Notes: a model not told the origin generated them from the letters alone. A stretch of DNA of 63,194 nucleotides, filler included, from Hyphochytrium catenoides (GCA_900088475.1; 9 parts of 9 records of this genome joined end to end with filler, not necessarily neighbours in it), one strand, 5' to 3'; positions 1 through 17,108 are shown, numbered from the whole stretch's first letter. Numbers and translations: made by a program.

Positions 1-2530
1 TAGGGCTGGCATGGAGGAACGCACCCGCCTGCTTCATCCCTACCGGCTTTAGCCGTGCTTGATCACGAAGGTGTACCGCTCGGGCTTGTAGCTGGTCGCG
101 TTTGTGGATCCAAACTTCCTCAGACAGAAGCCTCTGGACGTTGCCCTGAGACTAGAGTAGCTCCTCTAATGTCTTATGCCCGTCTACTTCCGCGTTGTGG
201 GCAGCGAGGGCCAAACGAAGATCCTCATCGCCGAAGGCATCCAGAGGGCGGTGAAGAAGGGCAGCGCAGATTTACTAGCATCGAGATTTGTAGTAGTACC
301 CTTCATCAATTCATTTCAAAAGCGGTCAATGCAGTAGTAGTACTTTATTTTTACTTTATTACAAGTAGTTGATGGTAAGTAATAACTGTGGTAATCGGCA
401 AACTACAAGCAATAATGCAAGAACGCCGACTACTAGAACTACTATGAGACTATGCAACGAGCAAGAAAGACTTCATCTCTGATGACCCCACTATAGAAGC
501 CCGCCAGCGACAGCTCCGGGAAGCTGACCCAGGACCACATTCTCAATCAATGTGCGCAGCCTGAGGCACTCTATGAAACACCATCTCTGCAATACTGCGT
601 TGCAGGAGGACAGAGATCCGTCTGTAGGCGGTGGCAGTGAGAGGCGAGAGAGGACTGTGGTCACTCTATACACACCTAACTCTCAGGTACACCTACATGC
701 CAAAGACGGAGAAGAGCTCCTCTGCCAATCACCAAGCAACCACGTCAGTAGTTTAGAGCACAGTAGTATCCCGGAAAGGAATCTCCTTTTCTACAGTTAA
801 CCGAACCGGGATTGATATCTACGAGACACAGTGATTGACCTTCTTCACAAGTTCGTTGATCGAGGTTGGAGGATATTACCTACCATCTTACCCACCTCCT
901 TCTGGAGCTGACATCACCAAGGAGCTTGGCTTGTTGACCACTTCACAACTTCGCGCTAAAGAGAGGAAATAGGAACCCCTTGCTTCTCTTGCGAGTAGCA
1001 TAACAACTCCTGCTGCTTATTCTCGAAAACCACTATAATAATAGCTTCTGCAATTGCACTACGCCCACACCTCATGAGAAAATGTAGTGACAATCATCTA
1101 ACAACAATGATGAAACCGCGCCGGTGTCGAGGCCATCTTTTTAATGATTTTTTCCGTATGTATGTAGTTGAAACCACTATTCTACTCTGTCCTAGAGTGG
1201 CTGCTTTTCAACTTCGATTGCGTTGTCGTCTGTTGTTCGTGCTGGTCACCGGATGGCAAGCAAAAGGCCTGTTGTCACTCAACCGCCTGGACACGCGGTC
1301 CACCGCGTTACATTTTAGGGAGAAATTGAACCAACATTTATCGTATCGTAGAAATGAAAAGGAGAGACGTCGTGCCAATTTTGGCTTGACCACGATGGTG
1401 TCGGTGCAATGACTGTCTTCTAGACAAAAAGGGCTCTTGGTCAAGAAGAGTAAGACTTTGAAATGTGTTGAGGAGTTGCCATTCTCGGCCGCTCTGTGAG
1501 TAGCAGAAAACGGAGATAGGAGATTTATAGTAGTAGTACAAGGCAACATGGAGGCTGAGGTACCGCTTTTATTGGAGAGTTCACGCTTAACAACCAAAGG
1601 GTTCACCTAATCACATAAGAGAAGAAGGTGCCGGCCGAGAATGGGAAGCTGATTATGGGTTGTCATAGACGTTTGGGATAATGAGGGGCAGAGTGGAGGA
1701 TGGAGGGCGGAAGGCCACTGAGGGAACAGCAACAGAGGCTCTTTCATACCGAGACAAGCGACCAATCTTAGGGCAGCTTACACATTCCACAAAGGACAGT
1801 CACGACTTGCCCGACATGATGTGCAGTTGCCTGGAGCTAAATGATGGAAGGAAGAAGCCAGGAAGAAGCCAAGCCAGTGTGTGTTAGCGCGGCAATCGAG
1901 CCCATGATGTGCTAGTTGACTTCTGTTACTTTACTAGACACGCAAAAAGGTAGGGTTGAGGAGAGAAAATGATGAGCAAAGCGGGCGGCTTCCCAAAAGC
2001 AGTTCCCTGGAACTTCCAATAGACGGCGTATCGTCGTTGCTCAATATATATATATGTCATCATCGGTGTAGAGCGGTTAGGACAGGCCTTGGTGCGGCTC
2101 GAAGAGGAAGACAGTACTATTACTCACTATTCAACAAGAAAAGCGAAAGGAGGGAGGTAAGCCTCAGCAGATGGATCTTTGAGAACAACAGTTGCCACAA
2201 TTTGGCTGTTTTGGTGTCGGCCTTGTCATTATATAATTCTTAGAGCGCCCGGACCGTGACTATTGTGCCGGCACGCGAGGGACAGGTAGAAAAGGCATCA
2301 CACATGCTGGCTGAAGGAGACGGCACAGAAAGAAGTTGAGGCTACGGCAGGGCTCTGCCTACGGAAGGATTGGAGTTCATCATCGCTAAAGTGGGCGGAT
2401 GTGCTGGCCACCTTCGATGACCGAAGGCTTCAACCTTAAGCTGCGTAGTAATCTAGGGATGGCCATTGTTAATGCGTCGGACGAGAGGTACAGCAGAATA
2501 CACGTGGAGATGAGGAGAGATAAGTGGCTC

Positions 2531-3616
2531 TTAAACCATCTTGGCTGGATTGGAAGGGAAGGTGGGCTCCTCCTGAACGTTTGCTTCTACCTCTTCTCCC
2601 TCTCCATCCTCTCCACTTGAGTGCCGGTCCTCTTCTTCAGACTGGTGACCAGCAACTCGCAACGCATCCTCCTTAGCAACCAAGATCTTGAGGTTTCGTT
2701 GAACATAGGCAAGCTTTCCAGTCTGGCTCTCAGTGTTCTCTCCTGCCGTCGTACCCTCCATATTTGGATCTAGGGAGGGCACCGCCAGCACCCGCAGCGC
2801 CAGTTCTTGAAGCCCTTTGGACCGTGCGCTGACTTGTGGCGGAAGGTGGGTCCACCATTCCCTAGCGCCCATCACGTCGCTGGCCTGGATGCGCTCCCAT
2901 ATCAGCTTCATTGAAAACTCCTCAGATCGGCCCAAGAAGCGTCCGAGTGCAGCTGTCACATCTTTCACCTCTGCCACGGGCACCAGCTGCTTGATATATT
3001 CAGTGGCTGCGTTCGTCTCGGCCACGGACAGACCCGACCCGCGCTTCCGAGGGTCAAGCAGAGCGGCAAGCAGCGGCACAGCAGGGTTGCGAAGAACTTC
3101 ATCAACGCCCACGCGCGCCTCCACAACGCTTCTGACGCGTCGGAACTCCCGGTCAAGCAAAGTATTTGAGAGCTTCCACCGGCCAGGCAGCTGGAACTCA
3201 GGACAAAGCTTGCGAAAGAATTCTGCCCATGGTTCGGAGTCAAAGGCATCTAGAGGGACGGCGGAGTGGAAGACGGCGCGAGCAAACACTTCCTGCAGCT
3301 CCTCAACTTGGCTGCCAGATAGCAAAGGAACACCTTCCGCCCGGGTCCGCACTCCAGGAGGGGCAGGAGGAGAGGATGCAGCCTCCTCCCCTTGCTGTGC
3401 ACCTTCCTTCAACTTTTTGCGCTTTCTGGCAGCCTCCTTCACGTCCACCGGGACCTTGTCGCACTTGGCGAGTAAGTGCTCTAGCAGTCGGTCAGCGCTG
3501 TTGGTCCCTCGCCAACCGCAGTAGTTGCAACGACCGCGGATGGTCTTCTTGTTGCCGGCCGTGGTTGCCGGCTCCTCTCTGTAATGCACCCACACCCAGC
3601 TCTTCTTTCGCACCAT
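2531..3616 (-). CDS. BED zinc-finger protein derived from a hAT transposase (BED + hATC region, catalytic core missing)
   Basis: Intronless ORF from ATG 3616. It has a BED finger (SWVWVHY...RGRCNYCG...LLEHLLAKC), a hAT N-terminal segment (VFHSAVPLDAFDSEPWAEFFRKLCPEFQLPGRWKLSNTLLD) and hATC-like motifs (AALLDPR; WW...LQELALRVLAVPS). Confidence 0.8.
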   Translation of the reverse strand: MVRKKSWVWVHYREEPATTAGNKKTIRGRCNYCGWRGTNSADRLLEHLLAKCDKVPVDVKEAARKRKKLKEGAQQGEEAASSPPAPPGVRTRAEGVPLLSGSQVEELQEVFARAVFHSAVPLDAFDSEPWAEFFRKLCPEFQLPGRWKLSNTLLDREFRRVRSVVEARVGVDEVLRNPAVPLLAALLDPRKRGSGLSVAETNAATEYIKQLVPVAEVKDVTAALGRFLGRSEEFSMKLIWERIQASDVMGAREWWTHLPPQVSARSKGLQELALRVLAVPSLDPNMEGTTAGENTESQTGKLAYVQRNLKILVAKEDALRVAGHQSEEEDRHSSGEDGEGEEVEANVQEEPTFPSNPAKMV

Positions 3617-4699
3617 TCTGCTGCGCTGATGGCGGCAATATACCTCAGAAAGAGTCGCGGACCCGCCGGGCGCCAGGTTGTCAGGGAACAAGGGAAGTAA
3701 GTACTTTCCTTACGATCGAGGACAGGAGAGCGGGCACGTATTCGTCGACGGGCTTCTATAATCAATGAGCTTTGAATCAGATACTGGCTGAAGTTGGTCC
3801 CTTGTCTATCGACGTGTCTCTCTCCCTTCACTTTCAGTTGGCCGCGCTTGGCCTCTAGTCACAAGAAGGGGAGAGACCCGAGCAGGTCAACCTCAAGCTC
3901 TTCCTTGCGTCTTTGAATTCTGGTGATGCCTCTTCTCTCCTATTCTCTTTCATATTGTTCCCTCCCCTCCCGCTTTTATCTGTCTTCTGTCTCTTTGGCC
4001 TCATCGGCTCTCTCTTTCTCCCTTGTCTCTTTCGTTTCTCTATCTCACTCCTCTCTGGCCCCTCTTTTAGTTCTACTCTCTCTCCCCTCTCTCTCGCCCT
4101 CCACCTCTCTCTCTCTCTCTCTCTCTCCCTCTCTCTCTTTTTCTCTTTCTCTNNNNNNNNNNNNNNNNNNNNNNNNNNNNNNNNNNNNNNNNNNNNNNNT
4201 TTCTGTCTGTCGAGTGTTTGAAAATGAGAAGACTGGCACCCTCGCCGTGACTCGAGACGAGATTATCTAACTCGAGTTGATGGCTCAAGTTACCCGGGAT
4301 TGGCGGAATGTCTTGCAGTTATATATGAGAGTTTAGGGGCCACCGAGACCCGGGACTTCTCATACCCGACTCGCTTGTCACAGCTCTGTATTTTGGATAG
4401 AAGGGCGGAGTATTCGTGACGGATGTAAGATTTTGTGAGTGTTCAGATCCGGGGTGGTCTGGGAGCTGCCAAAAGGTTCGGGGGACGGAACTCCGGCGAA
4501 CAGCAGCGGAAGGCGCACGAGCGCGGCGGCAGATGGAGCTCCGCGACTGACGGAGATCTTCTTCACTCGCTTTATCCAAGCCCAGATCCGGGTTGCGGCT
4601 TATAAAGTGGCGGACATCAAGAGCGAATATCTGCCCCGGCTGTCATACGCTAGTCATCGTGTTGGGCTCATTTATTGTACGCCCTTTGACGTCTGAACC

Positions 4700-7946
<3,247 letters not shown>

Positions 7947-8649
7947 CCGGCAGTCGATTGCTCTCTTTCTCCTGGATCACGTAAGGAACTTCAGGATCAA
8001 GAGCGATATCCTGCACATACCGCCGCTAATATGAAGCGTCACCTGAACTATGAAAGAAACTGGAGGCGGAAGCGAAAGAGAGAGAAAAGCAAAGGGGGAA
8101 GGATAGAGAAGAAGAGAGTCAAAACTCCCAGCAGCAGAGGAGAGAATCAAGATAAGAGAAGTCTCAGTCTGAGCTGGTGCGCAGGAACTGGTTCTATGCC
8201 TAACAGAAAATTTTTCCTCCCAGAAGTGTCTCTCTGAGTTGGTCCTGCTCTCCCTCTCTCCTGCGCTGCTTTCGATCGCCCACTTCCTCGGCTTAAACCT
8301 TCTGCATGCCTTTCCTCCTGTGCTGAAGATTGACATGGGGATTCTTAGCCTTGCAGCAGAGTACAAGTAGTGAGAGAGGGAGAAGAAAGGAGAGAGAGAG
8401 AGACAGAACCAGCAGAGTTTTTGGCGGAAGTTGTGCCTCTCGTCATCTGCGTCTGTACCAAAAGAAGAGTAGCCAAAAAGTTGGAGCAGGGCCAAAGGCT
8501 TCTTTGTCATCAGTGCACAGGGGAGAGGGATGTAGGAAAGGGTCCTTGTTACTAGGGCCAAGAGGAATAAAGCCTCTAGGAAAAAAAGCAGATTGTTTGG
8601 CAGAGGCAGAGGCCAACGAACATAACGAGGGAGGGGAAGACTTGTAGAC

Positions 8650-8709
<60 letters not shown>

Positions 8710-9702
8710 GATCAGGTAGGCGGTGATGACCAGTTCGGCCGTCACTACAAAATTGTCCTTAGAGCCAAACGAGGGGATGGGTGGGCCATAGGACTGCTTC
8801 TTATACCCTAGGAACATCACTGAAGGCTTCTCTGTCCCAACCGCCCAGGTTGAGGTTGTTAGTGAGGGCTGTTGGGACCTTGAAGTAAACCATTGCAAAA
8901 TATATGTATATTTTCTGACTCTCTAAGGTAAGCCGAAAAACAGCCAACGGGAATATTGCCATAATGAAAGATTCAAGGCAATATTTCGCTTTTTCAAGTT
9001 GTGGTGAGGAGGGTGGGGAAAGGGACGCTAACGGCCTGAGCTCCAGGCGAATTTTGGTCTCCCCATCCCTCTCTCTCTCTCTCTCTCTCTCTCTTCCTCT
9101 CTCTCTCTCTCTCTCTCCTCTTCCCTCTCTTTTTCTCTGTCTTTTCCTCTCATCTGGCCAGCTTCCTATGGTTAGTCCTTTCTCTCTGTCTCTCTGTCTC
9201 TCTCTCTCTCTCTCCGTTGCCTCTCTTCCATCATTCGCCCCCCTGAGACAAGCCTACTTGGCTGTCAAGCCCAGCCAGCAAGACCTACCTTTGTCTTCTC
9301 TCCTCTGTCTCCCCTTGCCCCACTCTTTCTCCCACCCTCCATCACTCACTAGTTACTTTACTAAGTGGTGGCACATGAACTCTCTCTCTCTCTCTCTCTC
9401 TGTATCTCTGTCCCTCTGTCTCTTCCCCTCTCTCTCTCTAGTCTCCGGTCTCCCTCTTTCCTCTCTCTCCTGCTTCTGATAAAGCCATGGTGTGGTCTGA
9501 TCATGAGGCGTACTATGAGTCAGTAGTAGGGTTAGATCTTAGATTTAGAAGTTCTTAGGTAAATTACTACTTCCTCTGGCTCTGTCTGGCAGCCGTCTCT
9601 CTTTCTACACAGAGCTGTCGACCAGGAAGAGAGAGAGAGAGGAGAGAGAGAGAGAGAAAGAGAGAGAAAAAGAGAGAGAGCAAATCACAGATATGAGCGA
9701 GG

Positions 9703-9742
<40 letters not shown>

Positions 9743-10300
9743 AGGAGAATGTGAGGGTAGTTCTCAAAGGTTTAGCCGAGAGACGGGAAAGGAGAGAGAA
9801 GAGTGGTTATCGTGCTGTTTTTCTTGCACCTGCTGTCCAGTGTAGATATCTAAGGCAGAGAGATCGAGAGGAGGGAAGACCAAAGACTAGCAACGAGAGG
9901 AGACTGTGGCGAGAGAGAGAGAGAGAGAAAGAGAGGGAGAGAGAGAGGATCCCTACTACGCACTAGGTCTCTCCTTCCGTTTTCCAATAGTGGGCGGCGC
10001 CGATGACAGAGGCCGAGGAGGAGCAGAAAGCCAGCGGAGCACATCTGAGTAGCAGAAAAAGTCTCTAATTTTCCTTCATTTCCCGTCAGTTTTTACTTTC
10101 TCCGCGCTCTACTCGTGCTCTTTCTCATTGAAAGAGAGAGAGAGAAAAGAGCAAACACCCGCCGCAGATAAGAGAAAGCGCTATACTGTCTGGATGACCC
10201 TCCAGGAGACCAAGCCCGTTGCTGTCTAGGGAGAGAAGAGGAGAGAGAGAGAGACGTGCCGCAGGGCTGAGAGTAGTTTCTCTCTCTTCCATTCGCAGTG

Positions 10301-13142
10301 ATGGACTTCAAAAAGATCTTGAAAGGAGACAAGGAAAAAGAGAAAGAAAAGCACGATAAGGAGAAGAAGAGCGACAAAGGAGAGAAAGAGAGGAAGATCA
10401 GTGAAAGAGGGGAAAAGAGTGAGAAAGAGAGAGATCGCAGCGAGAAAGAGTCTAGGGAGAAGAAGCCTGAGAAAGACAAGGGTGACAAGGGAGAGAAAGA
10501 GAAGCCGGGAAAGAGAGAAGGGCTTCCATCCAGCGTCATGCAGAGAGGAAACGGGAGCAACAAGGACGGATCTTCTCCTCCTGCTCGTCAGTCGGGCGAG
10601 GGGACGGTCAAGCCGCCCTGTGCCTGCCTCACCTGTCCAGAGATTGAGGTGCCGATCGAGAGCTGGCAGTCCATCGCCACGCAGAAAGGGTTTCTGGAGA
10701 AAAAGGTTAGCTCTCTCTCTCTCTCTCTCTGACAGAGCTCTCTCTCTGTCTCTCTGTCTCTCTCTGTCGCTGTATCAATCTTGTTCCTCTCTTTGGCTGA
10801 AAGTTCAAGTCTGTGTCTAGTGTGACTCTGTTGTGCTTGACGTTAAACTAGGAGATGAGGAACAAGAAGGAAGGAAGGAAGGAAGAGAGAGAGAGAGAGA
10901 GAGAAAGAGTCAGATGCTGAGTAACGAGAAGGAAATCTTTGTCGTGCCTCGTCCCTCTAAGCTTACTCTGGGGCTTATTGTCCTTTCTTATTGTCCTCGA
11001 TCCTTATCCTATGCCGGCGTTAGTCCTTTCAAACGTGTCTCTCGTTCTCTAACCTCTCTCTCTTCTTGCTGCTTCTCTTTTCCTTCTCCCTTCTCTCCCG
11101 GTACTTCTTCTCTTGCTCTCTCTCTCTCTCGTCTCCCTGTCTCTCTTGTCTCTTTCTGCTCTTTTCTCTCCCTGCAGAGCGACAACTCGTCAAAGTGGCA
11201 CAAGCGGTTCGTGGTCCTGCATAACAATTATCTCTACTATTACCGGTCTCCCACCTCCAAGCGGCCAGCGGGAGTCGTGCTCCTGGACGGCGCCAAGATA
11301 TCTAAAGTGCAGCGTATTATGGTGGAGGAAGAAGAAAACAGAGTGGCGGGCTGGGCGATCCACATTCTCTCTCGCTGCGGGCGCACCGCTGTCTTCTCAA
11401 CCAACTCCATGATTGACAGAGACCACTGGGTCTATCTCATGAGGCAGGCCAGCTACGAGACTGTCTATTCCTCTCTCATCGACACAGGGAGAAGGGTGGA
11501 GTTCGCTCAGAAGATTTTGAAGAGAATTCAGAACCGTGTGGCGCTTTCTCATTCTTCATCGGCGTCCTCTTCGCTCCCTGACTCCATAGAGGAGGATCTT
11601 AAAGCGGTACAGCGTGTACTCAGTAGCTTTGAGGCAGATGAGGAAACAGTCCGGGACGGAGAGGAAGTGGAGAGCGGAGAGAGAGAGAGCTGCATGGAGG
11701 CTGCAGAGAAATTTCTCTCCGAGGCGATGGTGGTTCCTGCCACCGTCACCTCCCCATCTTGGGAGATGTTTGGCAAGAAAGAGGAGAGAGTGACTATCGA
11801 GTCCGTGAGACAGAAGATGAGGGGCAGCCACAATAGCAATGGTCCCGAGGGAGAGAAGGGAGGAGAGGAAAGAGGTTCAAACAACCTCAGCACTGACGGA
11901 GGACACGGCAAGGCTGGAGAGAGAGCCAATATCCCGCCTCTCTCTCTCGAGGAAGCCCTTCGCCTGGCTGACAGCTTGGCAGAGAGCAATGACTCCACGC
12001 TGTTGACCACCTTCCTGACCACTGTCTCCAGAAGGGATCAAATATCGGTCACTCTTCCTCTCATGCGCCTCTTTGTCCCTCGCCGCGCCTTCTTCAAGCT
12101 CTTCCAGTGGGCGATAGAGGTTGAGAGTTCTGAGATGATCTCTGTCGCTAAGATTTTGAGGGGAGAAGGTCTGGCGCCGAAGCTCCTCTCTCAGTATCTG
12201 AAGCTTGTTGGCCTCGATTATCTGAAAAGAACCATTGGACCACTTGTGGAGAAGCTGTGCAAGGAAATCATCAGAATAGATGAGATAGAGCTTGATCCAG
12301 CCAAGCTGCCAGGAGCAAGCGGAATGGGAGAGAGAGAACGTGCGGCTCTTCTAGAGAAGAACGCGTCTCGTTTGATGTCTCTGGTGCAATCTTTCTTGGA
12401 CGACGTTTGTGAGTCTGACGACTTAGTTCTGGATAGCTGTAGACACATCTGGCACTATCTCTTCGCCATCTGCACGGACCAGTACGACTCTGGAGAGCTG
12501 GAGCCGCTTGGAAACGACGGACAGGAAGCCTGGAGCTCCGTAGGCGCGATGTATTTCCTCCGTTTCATCTGCCCAGCGATCACAGATCCACTCCGGTACG
12601 ACCTGGTCAGGGAGCAGCCGTCCATCCATGCCAGGAGGTCCTTGATCATTGTTAGCAAGATCGTGAATAATATCGCCAATGGCATCCAGTTCGGACATAA
12701 GGAGCCCCATCTGATGGCAGTGAACGGCTTCATCGTCTCCAACATGAAGAAAGTGCAAGACTTTTACTCTTTCCTTGGCTCTCTTCCCTCCGGTAACGCT
12801 GACGAGGCTATCCTGGAAGAGTGGAGGTCAGCTTCAGAAGGCGCAGAGGGCAGTGCAGGTGAAGACTTCTCTCCCACGCCGCTAGCGGACATGACGACAA
12901 TCAGAGAGGTGATGGCAGCGAACTATCAAGACCTCCAGAGTAGGCTGAAGGCTTACCCAGAAAAGATTGAGCTGCTCAATCAGCTTGTCTTTTCTTCACC
13001 CACTGGACCTGTGAGAGGTTCTCACCAGCAGGGCGGAACAGGAGAGAGACATGGGCAGGCGGCAGCGGCGATGCAGCAGGGTGGAAAGCACAAGATTGCA
13101 TCGGACGTGTTCCTGAAGATGACGACGGAGTCTTTCGTATAG
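10301..13142 (+). CDS. PH domain + RasGAP domain protein
   Basis: Exons 10301-10705 and 11178-13142. The PH domain is split by the intron (GFLEKK|SDNSSKWHKRFVVL...DRDHWV). RasGAP arginine-finger region ILRGEG and signature FLRFICPAITDP, followed by RRSLIIVSKIVNNIAN...KEPHL. Confidence 0.92.
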
Positions 13143-13335
13143 TTTCTCTGCCTGAGCTTGTTTTTAATTATTCTTTGATAGCAGCAGCGTCTCTCTCTGT
13201 CTCTTATCTTCTCCTCTCCTTACTCTATCTTCTGTCCTTGATGCATTTTTCGTCCCCTTTACCATTACATCGTATACTTCTGGTCTCCTATAGCTGTCTC
13301 TCTTATTCTTCCCTTTTATATATCTTCCTTCGTCT

Positions 13336-16093
13336 CTAAGCTTCTTGCCTGGCAAGCTGCTGCTGGAGAAGCGGCTGCAGCTGCTTATTCTTGGCAAGTT
13401 GCTTGAGCAGCGCGATAATGAAGGGAATGTAATTATGCTTTCTACGGATGTTCTCTTGCTGCATATGGACGGATAGATGGGGAAGCACAGCAGGGAAAAG
13501 ACAGCAGCCGTGTTAGCAAGAGAAGCTAAGAGTAGAGGGTGGGTGCGAAGTAACGGAGAGGCGGCTTTCGTCGGTCCATATAAGTCAGACAGACAGAAGA
13601 AAGGAGGTAGAGTGAGACCTAGGCAAGAAGGGGTATAAAGAAAGGCTGAAGATGTCTGGGAAACGAAGTGCTTTCTTTCTTCCTCTTGTCTTACCCTCCA
13701 CAGCTCGAATTTCTCTTTCTCTGCCTTAATACGCGCTTCCAGGATCCGCAGACGGGCAACCTGCTCAGCTTTTTCTCTCTCATCAGCACCTTAATTAAGG
13801 AGGGACAAGATATAGTGAATATGGAGAAAGGAGGAGGTGACTGAGGAGGAGGATGGAGAAGGACAGAGAGAGAGCCAAAACTTGAGTGGAAGGAAAAGGA
13901 CATTGTTCGAGGCCCGGACCTGGAGCGTTAAGGCTCTCCACAAGAGCTTTCGTGAGCTCTACCTCCTGCTGCAGTTGGCTTGTTATGTTCTACATTGTGC
14001 ACGAAAAATCACAAGCAGAGAGAGAGAGAGGAAGAGGCCAGCTTAGTGTAGAAGCGCAAATGACTGACCATTGCGGGCCTCAAGAGAAGTCAACCCAGGC
14101 CATGCGGTTTAAAGGAGATCTTTGGGAGCTTCAATCACACGAAGGAGGATCAAGGAAGAGATAAGCAGATCTTGCTATCAAATGAGTCTGGCTAGGAGGC
14201 GTGTGGCTGTCCAATGGGCTTGCAAACGTTGCCGCGGTTATCGGCTGGCAATAGAGCTGAGAAGGTAAGAAAGCGGGCACCTTGACGACCGCGAGAAGAT
14301 TAAACCGGATCTCCGAAGCTGCGTACCTGCGAGCGGTAGAGTTAGACGAGAGAAAGAGGAAGACAAAGACAAGCAAAGAGAGCTTGCTCGGGACATTAGA
14401 GAGACTTCAGAGCGAGGAGATAAGCTGGCACACCGCCATGGGCGCCCATATGAGCAAGAGAGAACAGCGAGAACGTGTACAGGCGGAAGCTTTGCCCAAT
14501 CTGGGCTGGGTCTCGGAGGGACGCAATCTGCCCACGCCAATGAGAGTCAAGGGCCGAACGACAGACAGAGGTTCACGAGGTAGAGCGCGGGATTCCTGCC
14601 ATATAACACATCGCCCGACCAAGCTCCACGCCTGAAAATGGGACTGACGAAGAGAGACCGAATCTGGTAGGGAGAGGACTCACTTGTTAATTCTCTGCTG
14701 AATGGCGGGCCGCGCGACGTCAAGCCAATCTCCTCCCCCTCTCACTGGCCCCAATCGGATTGGCCCGGGCTTCAGGCCGTCCAGCTCGTACACCTGGCCC
14801 TTCAAAGAGACGTAGGCGATGAAGTGGTAGACATCATCCTGAGGAGACAGGAGACCAGCAGAAGTGAGGGAGGAGAATAAATAGAGATAGATACAGACAG
14901 GGACGGACACACAGAGAGAGAGAGAGAGAGAGAGAAAGAGAACTCTCTGCGTGACGCCATGGCAAACAGTTTTCAGAAGCGGAGAAAAAGGGCGTTACGT
15001 CCCCCGGATACTATGGGAGCGATGGCCTAAGTCATCTCACGAAATGAGAGAGATCCCGCTTTCACCACCAGAGGAAGGAGAGAGAGAATCAGGGGTTGGA
15101 AAAGAGAGAGGATCACGAGCATCAAGCTGCATCAAGAGTCATGATGAAGAAGTAGGAGGAGAGAGAAAGAATGTGAGTCGCTGCCATACATCTTTGGTCG
15201 CTTTCGTCTCTTCCACGACGAAGGGTTCAGGCCTAAGGAAGAAGAGAGATGGCAATGAGAGGCGAAGGAAAGAACAAAGGGAGAGAAAAACAGTGGCAAG
15301 AGAGAGAGAGAGAGGCGCACGCATCACAGCGGCTGGTGTCTTACCTGGAAAAGCTGTTGTGCGCCTCTCTGATCTTCTCACTGTTGCTAATCGCCAGGCC
15401 CTTGAGCTGACAACGAGGGTAGAAGAAGAGAGAGAGAGAGAGAAATGCAAGAGGGTGGAGACTCAGCAGAACGGAAGACAACAGCTCAAAAGAGAAAGCA
15501 GTCGCCCGAGGGGAAGAGACACTTCATCAGCTCGCCCCATGCTTACAATTTTCACTCACTGGGTCACCCACGTTCTATCTCTTTCTGCCCCTCTTCACCG
15601 TGTCTTTCGTTCTTACTCTTATCCTTTCCTCTTGCTCTCTCTCGTTTACTATCACATCAGTAATCCTGTCTTGTCCCTTTAACTCTTTCTTTTTGCGTTC
15701 TCCCTGTGTCTCTCTCTCTCATCTTGGTTCTTACATCCGGAGGGAACTCCATGGTAAATGACTTGAACTCGCTGAGCGTCTCTCCTAAGTCGATGTCTGG
15801 ACAGTTCAGCAGGATCGACAGGATCGCTTGAGTCGCGCATGCGTTGTTTATCACCTGTGAGATGACAAGAAAGGGAGAGAGAGAGTGAGAGGGCGAGAGA
15901 GAAAGATGGAGAAGAATGAAAAGGAGAGAGAGAGAGAGACGAGGGGATAAATCAAATGCTAACAAGTGATGGAATAGAAAGTAACGAGAGAGACAAAGGA
16001 AAATTGAAGTACGACTCCGCCATTTCACTTATCAGGTAGCGGCCAGCGCTTCCTCCAAGAGCAAGGACCCTTAGGTTCTTCCTTTCTCCTCTT

Positions 16094-16135
<42 letters not shown>

Positions 16136-17108
16136 CTGATTGGCGAAGAAGAGCTCTGGGTCATCTGCGTATTGCACCTCTCTCTGTTCCTCCTCTGCAT
16201 CCGGCTGCCACTTGAAGAGGAAGATGAGGCCGTACACAGGCCTTGGAGTTGGAGGAGCAAGGGAGTAAGACAGAAGGTGAGTGAGGGAAGGACGCGTCAC
16301 AGAGAAGAAAGAGAGAAAAATCAAGAGAGAGAGAGTATATATAGAGAGAGAAAGTTGAGAGAGAGAAAAAAAAGAGAGAGAGTAATAGTAAACTGAAGAG
16401 AAAGGTGGGAGCCGTGTGGGAGAGACCAAACTGCTTGGTATTGGGCATTGTTAAGGGCAGAGATGTCGAGATTAGATAGACAGAGAAAGCGAGAGAGTGA
16501 GAGCGAGAGAAAGAGATTGCGACAGAATGAAAGCATAGCATGTCTCCATTGGAAGGGAGAGAGAGAGCTGGCGTACTGGATATCTCTGAAGGCCTCTTCA
16601 TCTAAAGAATAGAGCTCTTCCACCTGCACATCCTTCACCCCAATCCCCTCTATCAGAGCCGTAAAGACACCTGACGGAGAAGGGGAGAGAGAGAGAGAGA
16701 GATAGATAGCGGCGAGAGAGAGAGAGAGGGAGACGAACGGGTCAGAGAGCATAACAAGCAGCAAAACCAGAGAGAGAGAGAGACAGACCAAAGAAGAGAG
16801 AAAGAGATATGAGAGAGAACGAACAGAATTGTTACGAGCAGGTGGGAAGAAGAGAAGAGATCCTGGAAAGGGAAGACTGAAGTAGACGGGGAGAAGTCGA
16901 AGATGTGGAAAAGAGAGGAAGGCACCACGTCAAGGAAGAGAAAAGAAGAGGGCAGAGGGAGCGTTAACCTTAACGCCATTTCTCTCTCTCTCTCTTCACT
17001 CTCTCTCTCTCTCTCTCTCTCTTTTTCCTTTTTCTCCCTCTCTCCCTCTTCTTCTGCATCCGTTCTCTCACCTGGGTCTGACTCAATGGTGCACCAGCCT
17101 GAAGCCAT
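13336..17108 (-). CDS. UCHL5: Ubiquitin C-terminal hydrolase UCH37/UCHL5
   Basis: Eleven GT-AG exons, for example 17072-17108, 16577-16670, 16136-16241, 15735-15854, 14684-14838 and 13336-13458. Motifs [21 protein letters not shown], catalytic [23 protein letters not shown], and ULD tail [12 protein letters not shown]. Confidence 0.97.

Noticed and set aside
1-42. TAGGGCTG...CATCCCTA resembling hAT/Ac terminal repeats
   Set aside because: Only 42 bp apart, at the window edge, with no TSD visible and no matching end beyond the BED ORF. Probably coincidence.
2817-3768. Long plus-strand ORFs overlapping the BED gene
   Set aside because: Antisense shadows of a GC-rich coding region with no recognisable motifs.
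7977-8898. Possible small spliced gene on the minus strand
   Set aside because: Exon-like islands exist, but I could not build a consistent model or recognise a family.
8964-9479. Numerous SLSLSL/ERERER ORFs here and across the window
   Set aside because: They are translations of (CT)n/(AG)n tracts, which lack stop codons. Most lie in introns or spacers.
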